Positions 23,784 to 34,526 of a stretch of DNA of 64,000 nt are shown in pieces. Position numbers and translations under genes: made by a program. The DNA comes from Bacillus subtilis subsp. subtilis str. 168 (GTDB lineage: Bacteria; Bacillota; Bacilli; Bacillales; Bacillaceae), in assembly GCF_000009045.1 (NCBI RefSeq), contig NC_000964.3, forward strand, positions 3,534,001-3,598,000. Reading direction: 5' to 3'. Positions within the stretch are counted from its first letter, which is position 1, and each line of letters opens with the position of its first letter. The notes under the pieces were generated by a model. It worked only from the letters and a program-made list of their open reading frames with translations. It did no database searches and was not told where the DNA came from.

Positions 23784-24734
23784 TTACAGCGTTGATTCTC
23801 GTACAATTAACTCTGGTTCAAAAAATAGACTTCCTTGTGCAGCGCCGTCTTCATTCATTTTTTTCAGCAACATTTTCGCACAGGCTTCCCCCATTTCAAC
23901 AACAGGCTGTCTGACCGTAGTCAAGCGCGGCGAGGAGATGCGATCAAGAAACACACCGTCATTCCCGGTAACCGCAACGTCTTCTGGAATTCGCTTTCCA
24001 AGGGATTGCGCCGCACGAATGACGCCGAGCGCGATTCGATCAGATGCGCAGACAAATGCGGCCTGATTGTCCATGGATTTCAGCAGTTCTCTTGCAAGGC
24101 ATTCACTTTTCTTAGAACTGTTGTCGATCCGAAACATATTCGATTTTTTAAAGCTTTTATTCATCGCCCGTATATACCCCTGTTCTCTTGCACGTTCGAA
24201 AGGCTCATCTAAATCAATGCCAAAAAAGACAACTTCCCGCTCCCCCAGCCCCATAACATGGCGGGTTGCCATAAAAGTGCCTTTCTCGTTATTCACATCG
24301 ATAAAGTCATAGCCCATTTCATTTTGTCCAAATACGACGAGCGGCTTCTCAAAAGCTTTTATTACACCTTCAAAATCGTTCTTTCTCAAGCCGGTGGCAA
24401 TAATGCCGTCACATTGGCCAATATTAAGAGAATTTCTTGTCACAAGCTGGAGAGCATAGTGATTGCGATCCAGCTCCCTGCTGATTCCTGTCAGCAGGTT
24501 CATGTAATATGGTTCTGTCGTATCCATTTCCTCAAGTATCAATAGTTTCACAACCTGTGTTCTGTTTTGCACGAGCGCTCTCGCCGCATAATTAGGGATG
24601 TAATTCAGCTCTTTCATCGCAGAATGAACAAGCTTTTTCAATTCATCCGTCACCGTCTCAGGGTGATTGATCACTCGTGATACCGTCATTTTCGAAACAT
24701 TTGCTTTTTTCGCCACATCTGACAATGTTGCCAT
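23784..24734 (-). CDS. mdxR: LacI-family regulator of the maltodextrin operon
   Basis: TLSDVAKKANVSKMTVSRVIN HTH; start at the second Met from SD spacing (yvdE). Confidence 0.92.
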   Translation of the reverse strand: MATLSDVAKKANVSKMTVSRVINHPETVTDELKKLVHSAMKELNYIPNYAARALVQNRTQVVKLLILEEMDTTEPYYMNLLTGISRELDRNHYALQLVTRNSLNIGQCDGIIATGLRKNDFEGVIKAFEKPLVVFGQNEMGYDFIDVNNEKGTFMATRHVMGLGEREVVFFGIDLDEPFERAREQGYIRAMNKSFKKSNMFRIDNSSKKSECLARELLKSMDNQAAFVCASDRIALGVIRAAQSLGKRIPEDVAVTGNDGVFLDRISSPRLTTVRQPVVEMGEACAKMLLKKMNEDGAAQGSLFFEPELIVRESTL

Positions 24735-24824
24735 TTTCATCCCCTCCTTATCTGTGCTTATTATCCAAACTAGTGATAAAGTCCTCTATTACTGCTAAAT
24801 ATACGATGCAGGCCAAAGAGAAAT

Positions 24825-24853
24825 AAAAAAGAGATTTCCCTTAAGGAAACCTC
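24825..24853 (-). terminator. Terminator after yvdD
   Basis: GAGGTTTCC-TTAA-GGGAAATCTC-TTTTTT on the minus strand. Confidence 0.75.
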
Positions 24854-24939
24854 ACTTTGTTAAAAACACTCGATTTTTCATGGATTCATACGCTAGGTGG
24901 CAGACTCATTCTCTCCACTTCCATCAGAAAATCTCTTTT

Positions 24940-25515
24940 TTAAATTTCTGTCCACTTTTTTTCTAAAATCGGATAAGAATAATTTTGCATTTGCTCAATT
25001 AACTCATCCGGCCGTGACGAGCTGTGAATCAGTTTTAGGTGCGATTCGTTAGAAAACCCTTCTTGAATGCTGTATTTCACCATTTTCATCATTGGTTCAA
25101 AATATCCGTTTACATTGTACAGTCCAATTGGCTTTTGGTGGATGCCGATCTGTGCCCAGCACAGCACTTCAAATAATTCTTCATATGTACCGAAGCCGCC
25201 CGGCATCGAGATAAAGCCGTCCGCCAGCTCGCTCATTTTAGCCTTTCGTTCATGCATCCCGTTTACTTCAATCAGCTCAGTCAGATTCTGATGGACAACC
25301 TCCCCGCTGAACAAACCGCTCGGCATGACCCCGATTGCAGTTCCGCCGTTTTCCATAATCGCGTCAGCAATCGTGCCCATCAAGCCTACGCGGGAGCCCC
25401 CATAGACAAGGCCGATTCCCTGCTCAGCCATATACACGCCAAGCTCTGCCGCTTTTCTTTTATACGCTTCATTTCCCCCAGGGTTTGATCCCGCAAATAC
25501 ACAAATGGTTTTCAT
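24940..25515 (-). CDS. yvdD: LOG-family nucleotide monophosphate phosphoribohydrolase
   Basis: LVYGG, MHERK and PGGFGTYEE (PGGxGTxxE) motifs; 191 aa. Confidence 0.9.
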
Positions 25516-25631
25516 CTTGTCATCTCCGCATCTATATATCGTGTTAAACATTCAAAAACACACTATATATTGTCCCATCTTCATGTGATAATATCAATAT
25601 GAAATACATAAAGAATGCAGGAGTGATGAGG

Positions 25632-25952
25632 TTGCAGCTGGCTGATGCAGAAAAATGGATGAAAGAGTTTTACGAAAAAAGAGGCTGGACAGAATACGGA
25701 CCTTTTATTCGCGTCGGCTTTTTAATGGAGGAAGCCGGAGAACTGGCCCGGGCTGTCAGGGCGTATGAAATCGGCAGAGACCGGCCGGATGAGAAAGAAT
25801 CGTCACGCGCTGAGCAAAAACAAGAATTGATTGAAGAAATGGGAGATGTCATCGGAAATATCGCCATTCTTGCTGATATGTATGGTGTCTCTTTAGAAGA
25901 CGTCATGAAGGCCCACCAAGAAAAACTGACAAAACGATTTGAGCATGCATAA
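25632..25952 (+). CDS. yvdC: MazG-like nucleotide pyrophosphohydrolase
   Basis: LMEEAGELARA and EEMGDV motifs; start uncertain (TTG 25632 or ATG 25626). Confidence 0.85.
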   Translation: MQLADAEKWMKEFYEKRGWTEYGPFIRVGFLMEEAGELARAVRAYEIGRDRPDEKESSRAEQKQELIEEMGDVIGNIAILADMYGVSLEDVMKAHQEKLTKRFEHA

Positions 25953-25980
25953 AAAAGCGGCCGCGATGGCCGCTTTTTTT
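25951..25980. terminator. Bidirectional terminator yvdC/yvdB
   Basis: AAAAAAGCGGCC-GCGAT-GGCCGCTTTTTTT. Confidence 0.88.
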
Positions 25981-27571
25981 AACCTGTGATTTCATCATGG
26001 TGATCAAAGAAATGCTGCTTTCCTATTTTGTGAAAAAGGCCTGTTTTATGCAGTAGCTCCTTCGGCTGCGATTGCAATCCTACAATCATCAGCTTTCCAT
26101 TGTGGCGTTTAATTCGATTCATAATGTTCCCAAGCACCGCTTCAGCTGACGTATCCATATAGTGCACCTTATTCATGAGCAGAATAAGGGTTTTCGGTTT
26201 TTTCTGTACATGCTCCAGCAATGACGATTCAAGGGAATCAATTGATCCGAAAAACAGCGGCCCTTCTATGGCATACATGCTGACAGATGGATCTTCTCTC
26301 TTCGCCAGAACAGGATGCGTTTCCTGATTGTGGATGCGGGTCGCTTCGCTCATTCTTCTGATAAAGAACACGAATGCAAGCAGCAATCCGGTTGCCACAC
26401 CGATGATTAAGTCAAACAGAACCGTAAGGGCGAAGGTCGCCGCCAAAATAAAGGAATCAGCATTTTTCAGTCTCAGCATGTTTGCGACTTCCTTGCGCTC
26501 ACTCATATTCCATGCGACCACCATGAGAATCGGTGCCATACTGGCGAGCGGCACATGGGACGCATAAGGCGCAAATACAAGCAGGACAAGGAGAACGACT
26601 ACGCCGTGAACGACGCCGGAAACTGGGGAAACCGCTCCGTTTTTTATATTGGTCGCCGTTCTCGCAATCGCTCCTGTAGCCGGGATTCCGCCAAACAGGG
26701 GCGCTGCCATATTCGCAATCCCCTGGCCGACAAGCTCCTTGTTGCTGTCATGCTTTGAGCCCTTCATGTTATCAGCGACCATTGCGGACAAAATCGACTC
26801 AAGTCCTCCAAGAAGCGCGATGACAAGCGCAGCCGGAAACAGCATAACCATTTTATCCAAAGTAAGCTCAGGAAACTGAAATTCCGGCAAATGGCGGGGG
26901 ATTTCTCCATAAGTTGACCCGATCGTTGCCATGCGGTCAGGGAAAAAGACAACCGCGACCACTGTGGAAATAAGAAGCGCCAACAAAGCGCCCGGCACTT
27001 TAGGCATCACCTTGGCGGATACAAGCAAAATGACGAGCCCGATCACAGCTGTCAAAATGGCATACACGTTAAAGGTGCCGAGCTGCTGCACAATTTCAAA
27101 CATGTTGTGATGAAAGTTCTCATGTTTTTCAACATTTCTCAATCCGAGAAAATTAGCGATTTGTTCCGTAAAGATCAGCACGGCAATTCCGGCTGTAAAA
27201 CCGACGATAACGGGTTTGGGCACGAATTTCATTATTTTTCCGAGCTTAAACAGCCCAAACAGTACCAGCATCACTCCTGCCATAAACCCCGCAATCAGCA
27301 GATTTTCCAAGCCGTACTGCATGATAATGCCGAATAAAATCGGGACAAAGGCGCCCGTCGGACCGCCAATCTGATATTTTGATCCTCCAAACAAAGAAAT
27401 ACAAATCCCTGCTATAACAACAGTGTATAGCCCATATTCAGGCTCGACTCCCGAGGCAATGGCAAACGCCATTCCTAAAGGAATTGCCACGACACCTACT
27501 ACGATACCTGCAATCAAGTCTTTCTGAAATTTCTGCAAATTGTATCCCTTGAATCTCCCTGAGAATCGCAT
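25979..27571 (-). CDS. yvdB: SulP/SLC26 anion transporter with STAS domain
   Basis: DLIAGIVVGVVAIPLGMAFA, GLYT, GGPTG, and C-terminal EGPLFFG/YMDTS STAS. Confidence 0.92.
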   Translation of the reverse strand: MRFSGRFKGYNLQKFQKDLIAGIVVGVVAIPLGMAFAIASGVEPEYGLYTVVIAGICISLFGGSKYQIGGPTGAFVPILFGIIMQYGLENLLIAGFMAGVMLVLFGLFKLGKIMKFVPKPVIVGFTAGIAVLIFTEQIANFLGLRNVEKHENFHHNMFEIVQQLGTFNVYAILTAVIGLVILLVSAKVMPKVPGALLALLISTVVAVVFFPDRMATIGSTYGEIPRHLPEFQFPELTLDKMVMLFPAALVIALLGGLESILSAMVADNMKGSKHDSNKELVGQGIANMAAPLFGGIPATGAIARTATNIKNGAVSPVSGVVHGVVVLLVLLVFAPYASHVPLASMAPILMVVAWNMSERKEVANMLRLKNADSFILAATFALTVLFDLIIGVATGLLLAFVFFIRRMSEATRIHNQETHPVLAKREDPSVSMYAIEGPLFFGSIDSLESSLLEHVQKKPKTLILLMNKVHYMDTSAEAVLGNIMNRIKRHNGKLMIVGLQSQPKELLHKTGLFHKIGKQHFFDHHDEITG

Positions 27572-27589
27572 ATTTTGTTATAACCTCCC

Positions 27590-28183
27590 TTATGAGTGAT
27601 TGTTTATAAGCTCAGTTTCATAACCGTTAATGACCACATCAAGTTTTCCTGTTTCAGGGTGAATGACAAGCCCGTGAACCGGCACTTTTTTCGGAAGCAG
27701 CGGATGGTTCTTAATCATGTTCACACTGTGGGAAACGCTTTCTTCCACGCTGTGAAAACCAGTCAGCCACGTTTTCAAATCGAGTCCGGCACTCGTCAGC
27801 AAATTCAGGCAGCTATCCTCCACCCCGCGTTCCTTTGCTTTCTCAAGAATCGAGGACGCATTCAGCCCTGACATTCCGCATTCATGATGGCCGACAATGC
27901 ATACCTCTTCAGCCTGCAATTCATAAATCGCGACCAGTATGCTTCGCATCACGCTTCCAAATGGGTGAGAAACGATGGCTCCCGCGTTTTTTACAATTTT
28001 AGCATCACCGTTTTTAAGCCCCATTGCTTGCGGAAGAAGTTCTGTAAGCCTTGTATCCATACAGGTGACAATGACGAGCTTTTTCGAAGGAAACTTTGTC
28101 GTTTTGTACGGTTCATACTTCTTCTCACTGACAAACCGCTGATTGTGTTCCAAAATTGATGTTAAAGAAACCATTTGATTCAT
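27590..28183 (-). CDS. yvdA: Beta-class carbonic anhydrase
   Basis: CMDTR and GHHECG zinc-ligand motifs. Confidence 0.9.
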   Translation of the reverse strand: MNQMVSLTSILEHNQRFVSEKKYEPYKTTKFPSKKLVIVTCMDTRLTELLPQAMGLKNGDAKIVKNAGAIVSHPFGSVMRSILVAIYELQAEEVCIVGHHECGMSGLNASSILEKAKERGVEDSCLNLLTSAGLDLKTWLTGFHSVEESVSHSVNMIKNHPLLPKKVPVHGLVIHPETGKLDVVINGYETELINNHS

Positions 28184-28490
28184 CTCCCATCCATATGATT
28201 TTGCAAGCCTTCTTACCCAGCTTACAGTAAGGAATTATAGCATAGGAATAAGCCAAGAAAAGGTTTTCAAAAAAAGACACTATAATTGGACTGTAGAATC
28301 AAAACATAAACATTTATATCTTTCAAAGATAATAAAATTTATATTTAATGCATCCTATAATCCGGCTGCAGTTCGTATATCGATGATTTGTCTGACAAAA
28401 AATATGGGTGAATTCTGATAATTAAAAAACTTTTTTAAGCAGATTTAGCTGTTCGATCTTCATTTTAAGTTCAAAAGAACCAGAAATTAA

Positions 28491-29543
<1,053 letters not shown>

Positions 29544-29547
29544 ATCA

Positions 29548-29576
29548 AAAATCCGGTCTGATAACAGACCGGATTT
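29548..29576. terminator. Terminator yvcT/psdB
   Basis: AAATCCGGTCTG-ATAA-CAGACCGGATTT. Confidence 0.85.
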
Positions 29577-29580
29577 CATA

Positions 29581-31521
29581 TTACATACGCTGAAGAACAG
29601 CACGCTTATAAATATGACGGGTGACGATATAATAAAGAGCCTGGAATACAAAATAAATGAAGATGACAATTACGGCCTCAAGAAATAAATTGGAATTCAG
29701 CATATTACTTAACGCTGCATACGCAAAGCCCGCGTGAATCGTACCTGCGATAAATGGGATGAAGAATAAAAATCCTATTTGCTTTCCAAGGATCGAGTGA
29801 ATCTCTTTGTCCGTAACCCCTATCCTCTTTAACGCTAACACCTGCACTCCCGTATCTTCTATTTCCGTAAACATCCGCAAATACAGCATGCTTCCTTGCA
29901 CGATAAAAAACAGCACGCTGACAAACAGACCAATAAACAGCATTAATGCAACTCCCTGCTTCACAATTTGATAACTAGGAGCACGTGTTTGAAAATCAGA
30001 TGTATGTTCTTTCGGCACCATGTTTTCAAGCTTTTCAGAGACATCCACCGTCTCCTGCCAATGCTCAAGCTCATAACCTACCATTCTCATCTGTTCCTTC
30101 AGCGGCACATCCTGTGACAGACTGTCAAAGCTCTTTTCGCTGACAACCAATAAACGGCTGACTCCATCGACAGACATCAATATCCCTTTGTTTTGCTGCT
30201 TTTTCATGACATAGGAAAGGGTTTTTCCTGACTTCATATGAAATGCTGCTGTTTCCCCTTCTCCAAATGTGTCTTTCACCATCATTTGAAAAGAAACATT
30301 AATAAATGCTTCATTTTCTTGTAAATGAATAACTGGGAACCCTTTTTCCTTTGCGACTTGATTATAGACTTTTTCTGAAATCAGCAAAGCTTCAGCTTCC
30401 ATCTTCTTATTTCCATACGGCAAGTCTGACTGAAAAGTGACAGGAATCCCTGTGGCATCCACCTTATACGTGATAACAGCATGAGCTTTTTTCAATGTAT
30501 TCTCAGCCGTCTCAGGCTTCATGACCTGAAAGCGGGAAGCATCCTTTTCCACCCAGGAAACAGACTGAGGAATGCTTTGCTCCTCCTGCCTTTGTAAATC
30601 GGAATAAAACATATAGATGACACCTGTAGCTGTTAGTATGACCGCTGTAATGACAGAGGTTAAAAACAGCATGCGTGCATGATCCTTCAGCCTGAATATC
30701 ATGTTGGAACGCACAATGATATTTGTGCCTTTGTAGAAGCTGTGTTTCTTTCGGTACAGCATGCGGAAAAATGCCACACTGCTTTGGGTAAAAAAGAAAT
30801 ACGTGCCAATTAACACTAAAATCAAAATTGGAAAAACCCGAAACATCATGTCAATTGCATTGGCTGTTGCAGATAGATAATAACCGCTGCCAAGACATAG
30901 CAAAGACAATACAGTGAGCCATTTCGAATAAACTGGCAAACTTTTCGGCTTTTTGGCTGATTTAATCAGTTCAATGATTTCCAGCTTCCGAATCCGTCCC
31001 AGTGATAAAATGAGCAGCGTCTGAAACAGGATGAGAAAGCCGGCAATTGTCATCACAAACGCTTTCGGCACAATGGCAAACGAAATCGGCACCTTCACGC
31101 TGAGCATCCATGTCATGATCATAAAAAACAGTTTTGAAAATAACAGGCCTGCTCCAATGCCGGCCGCAATCGCCGCAAGAGAAATAAGTGACTGCTCATA
31201 ATAAATCATCTTGCGAAGCTGCTGCTTTGATGTGCCAAACAGTGTCAGCAGCCCAAACTCTTTCTTTCTTGCCTGCAAAAACGCTGAATTGGAATATGTG
31301 ATGAAAAATATACAAAACACAATGATGACGACAAGAGCTGCGCTCAAGCATGTTTTGACAAGGCTTCCTCCATATATATTGTCTTCATTGACATCAGGAT
31401 GAAAAATAAATGATGTGAAGACAAAAAACACCGAAACGGCAAACACACAGCTTAAAAAGTAGGCCACATACCGTTGCAGATTCCCAAGAATGTTTTTACG
31501 GGCGATAGTTCTCAAATTCAT
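29581..31521 (-). CDS. psdB: BceB-type ABC permease (lantibiotic resistance)
   Basis: FtsX-like RKKEFGLL, large extracellular loop, LKRIG; 646 aa (yvcS). Confidence 0.92.
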   Translation of the reverse strand: MNLRTIARKNILGNLQRYVAYFLSCVFAVSVFFVFTSFIFHPDVNEDNIYGGSLVKTCLSAALVVIIVFCIFFITYSNSAFLQARKKEFGLLTLFGTSKQQLRKMIYYEQSLISLAAIAAGIGAGLLFSKLFFMIMTWMLSVKVPISFAIVPKAFVMTIAGFLILFQTLLILSLGRIRKLEIIELIKSAKKPKSLPVYSKWLTVLSLLCLGSGYYLSATANAIDMMFRVFPILILVLIGTYFFFTQSSVAFFRMLYRKKHSFYKGTNIIVRSNMIFRLKDHARMLFLTSVITAVILTATGVIYMFYSDLQRQEEQSIPQSVSWVEKDASRFQVMKPETAENTLKKAHAVITYKVDATGIPVTFQSDLPYGNKKMEAEALLISEKVYNQVAKEKGFPVIHLQENEAFINVSFQMMVKDTFGEGETAAFHMKSGKTLSYVMKKQQNKGILMSVDGVSRLLVVSEKSFDSLSQDVPLKEQMRMVGYELEHWQETVDVSEKLENMVPKEHTSDFQTRAPSYQIVKQGVALMLFIGLFVSVLFFIVQGSMLYLRMFTEIEDTGVQVLALKRIGVTDKEIHSILGKQIGFLFFIPFIAGTIHAGFAYAALSNMLNSNLFLEAVIVIFIYFVFQALYYIVTRHIYKRAVLQRM

Positions 31522-32275
31522 GAAAATCGCCTCCCAACACACTCAAGGTATCCAATATACTTTGATAAAACACCTGCCTGTTTGTTCCTCTGTGAATCTC
31601 TGAAAAGAAACGTCCGTCTTTAATAAAAACAATCCGTTTACAGAAACTTGCTGCTGTGGCATCATGCGTAACCAACAAAATCGTCGCTTCCTTTTCCTCA
31701 TTCAGCTGAGCCAGTGTGTTCATCACTTGCTTTGCCGATTTTGAGTCGAGGTTTCCTGTCGGTTCATCGGCAAGAATGAGCGCCGGATTGTGAATAATCG
31801 CTCTGGCACAAGCTGCCCGCTGCTGCTGTCCGCCCGACACCTCATATGTGCGGTGATCGAGAATATGCTTTATTTGCAGCGTATCCGCCAGTTCATCCAA
31901 TCGAGCTTCCATTTCTCTCAGCTTTACCTTATCCAATGCGAGCGGCAAGAGAATATTTTCACGAATCGTCAGCGTATCAAGCAGATTAAAATCCTGAAAG
32001 ACGAAGCCGAGTTCTCTTCTGCGAAACAAAGCCAGCTCTTGGTCCTTTAACGTTTTCGGCTGAATGCCGTTGATCATCATCTCGCCCTGGGTCGGCTTAT
32101 CAATGGTAGCCAGCAAATTCAAAAGCGTGGTTTTTCCGCTTCCCGACGGCCCCATAATCCCGACAAATTCTCCTTTTGACACACTGAGATCAAAGGCGCT
32201 GAGCGCTTGGTATGATATTGTTCCTTTATTTGAATAGTATGTTTTCGATAGGTTCGTTGTTTGCAACACGTTCAT
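31496..32275 (-). CDS. psdA: BceA-type ABC ATPase
   Basis: GPSGSGKT, VSGGQQQR and ADEPTGNLD (yvcR). Confidence 0.93.
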   Translation of the reverse strand: MNVLQTTNLSKTYYSNKGTISYQALSAFDLSVSKGEFVGIMGPSGSGKTTLLNLLATIDKPTQGEMMINGIQPKTLKDQELALFRRRELGFVFQDFNLLDTLTIRENILLPLALDKVKLREMEARLDELADTLQIKHILDHRTYEVSGGQQQRAACARAIIHNPALILADEPTGNLDSKSAKQVMNTLAQLNEEKEATILLVTHDATAASFCKRIVFIKDGRFFSEIHRGTNRQVFYQSILDTLSVLGGDFHEFENYRP

Positions 32276-32354
32276 GTTCTGCTCCTCCTTTTTCTTTATT
32301 ATAAAAAGGAAGTCAGCATCCTCCCATCGAACTTTCTTGCAATTCCGCTCCCCA

Positions 32355-32374
32355 ATCTTACAATGCTGTCACAT
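32355..32374. promoter_or_regulatory. BceR-family (PsdR) binding site upstream of psdA
   Basis: ATGTGACA-GCAT-TGTAAGAT imperfect inverted repeat; downstream TATAAT at 32298-32303. Confidence 0.72.
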
Positions 32375-33428
32375 TCACGAGGGTGTCACTTGAAAACACG
32401 ATGGTCATCACAGTGCCAGCCCCTTCTTTTGATTCCGCATACAGCTTATGGCCGAGACGGCTGCACACCTGTTTTGCTAAATAAAGGCCCATTCCAGTTG
32501 CCTCTTTCATGGTTCGTCCGTTTTCTCCGGTAAAAAACGCGTCAAAAATCCGCGGCAGATCCTGCGGCGGTATGCCGATTCCTTCGTCGGCAACCGACAA
32601 GCGCGTCTCATGTCCCTGTGTTTCAATCCGGATTGTAATAGGGTCTCCCACACCTTGCTTTGAATATTTTAAGGCGTTGAAAAGGATTTGCTCAACAACA
32701 AAGGAAAGCCACTTTTGATCACTGGAAATCTGAACGGCATTTGGCGGCACATGTAATGTTGGAAAAAGGCGCCGCTTGATAAACTGACGTTTTTCCTGAT
32801 TGATCAGTGAACGAACCATTTCTGCCAAATCAAAGGTTTGCGGCTTTACATCAAATGCAAATTCCTCCAGCCGGGCCGTTTGCAGCATCATATCAAGACC
32901 GTGGCGAAATCTCTCATTCTCATCCTCCAGCTCCTCTAAAAACGTCGGAAAAGAGGATGAGGTTCCGTTTTTTCCTTCCTGAATCATTAAGGATATGACA
33001 GATACCGGTGTTTTCATATGGTGGACCCATTGGTTGGTGAAGGTGTAATGCTGTTTTTGCTGATTGATATATTGTGAGAGCCTGCTTTCGTATTGCTGCC
33101 CGAGTGCGTTGATCATCTTCGTCCAAAGCGCTTGCTCTCCTGTTCTTGGCTTTCTGGCTTTCAAAGACTGTCCGATGTCATTCGAAGAAGAGGCTTGTTC
33201 TGCAAGCTTTTTAACATATGTGAGAAAGGAAAATTGCCGAACATAATCAGCAGCAAAACCTGCGGCTAAAAGAGTACCGGGCAAAATCCATATGTACATC
33301 ATATTTTCTTTGGAAGGTTCTGCGCCGCTCTCTACAATGCTTAAATACGCAATCAGCATGGCGGACCCTATCCCTAATAATGAAAATAGAATAATGGCTA
33401 AGCGGTCGATGAGATAAGTCTTTAACAT
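32358..33428 (-). CDS. psdS: BceS-type intramembrane-sensing histidine kinase
   Basis: Two N-terminal TM segments, WVHHMKTP H-box, NALKY, DEGIG and GMGLYL (yvcQ). Confidence 0.92.
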
Positions 33429-34135
33429 TCCGCTTCATCCTTCCGATTGACTTGAAATTGATAACCTTGTCCTCTGATTGTGGAAATGCAATCTGTCAGT
33501 CCTGCATTCTCCAGTTTTCTCCGCAGCCGATTGACATTGACCGTTAACGTATTGTCATCGACAAAATCAACGTCATCCCATAACGCCTCCAATAGTTCAT
33601 CACGAGAGACAATTTTTTTATGCTCCCTCACAAAAATCGAGAGAAGCTGGAATTCTTTTTGGGAAAACAAAATCCGGACGCTGTTCCATTCGGCCTCATT
33701 CTGATCAGGATAAATCGTCAGCCCGCCAAGCTCCACTATTCTAGATTCCTGCGGCAAAGAGGGCGAATATTCACCATATGTGCGGCGCAGGACGCTTTTG
33801 ATTTTGGCCATCACTACCTCTAGATGGAACGGCTTTGTGATATAATCATCGCCGCCATTTTCAATCGCCATTACCTGATTCAGCTCATCGGTCCGTGCCG
33901 ATATAAAGATAATCGGCGCATTGGAAATGGTACGGATTTGCCTGCACCAATAAAACCCGTCAAAAAAAGGCAGGTTGATATCAAGCAGCACAAGATCAGG
34001 CTTCATTTCTGCAAATTCCAATTTTATATCATTCAGCTGTTCAGCAATTTTCACTTCATATCCGTATTTTTGAAGATGACCGCCCAGCAAAGAAGCAATC
34101 CGCTCATCATCTTCCACAAGCAAAATCCGATACAC
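33422..34135 (-). CDS. psdR: OmpR-family response regulator
   Basis: LVEDD, LLDINLP, KPF and TIRGQGY (yvcP). Confidence 0.93.
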
Positions 34136-34281
34136 GTTGATCCCCCTTATATGTACATCACGATGATTTTTCTAGAAGATTCCAAAATTATTATAGCATG
34201 TGCGGAATAGTAAATCGGTCTTTTTCTTTTTGTTATGATAGAATGATAAAGGTAAAATTTTCATAATAGGCAGGTGTCGTG

Positions 34282-34491
34282 ATGAAGAAAATCATGCTGT
34301 TTCTGGCAATGACGTCAATTCTTTCAGCATGTCAGCCCAACTATACCGGGAAATACATAGAAATTGGGGATACACTAACTGACTATACCAAAGAGTGCTT
34401 TAAAGAGAATGAAATTCCTTATAAATACGAAAAGGGAAAACTGTATATCCCAGAAGACGCATTTGATACAGCAATCTACACTTGTTCATAA
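34282..34491 (+). CDS. yvzJ: Small lipoprotein of unknown function
   Basis: MKK + hydrophobic core + LSAC lipobox; own terminator; 69 aa. Confidence 0.78.
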   Translation: MKKIMLFLAMTSILSACQPNYTGKYIEIGDTLTDYTKECFKENEIPYKYEKGKLYIPEDAFDTAIYTCS

Positions 34492-34493
34492 GA

Positions 34494-34522
34494 AAAAGCT
34501 TGCAGATAACCTGCAAGCTTTT
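34494..34522. terminator. Bidirectional terminator yvzJ/yvcN
   Basis: AAAAGCTTGCAG-ATAAC-CTGCAAGCTTTT. Confidence 0.85.
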
Positions 34523-34526
34523 CACG

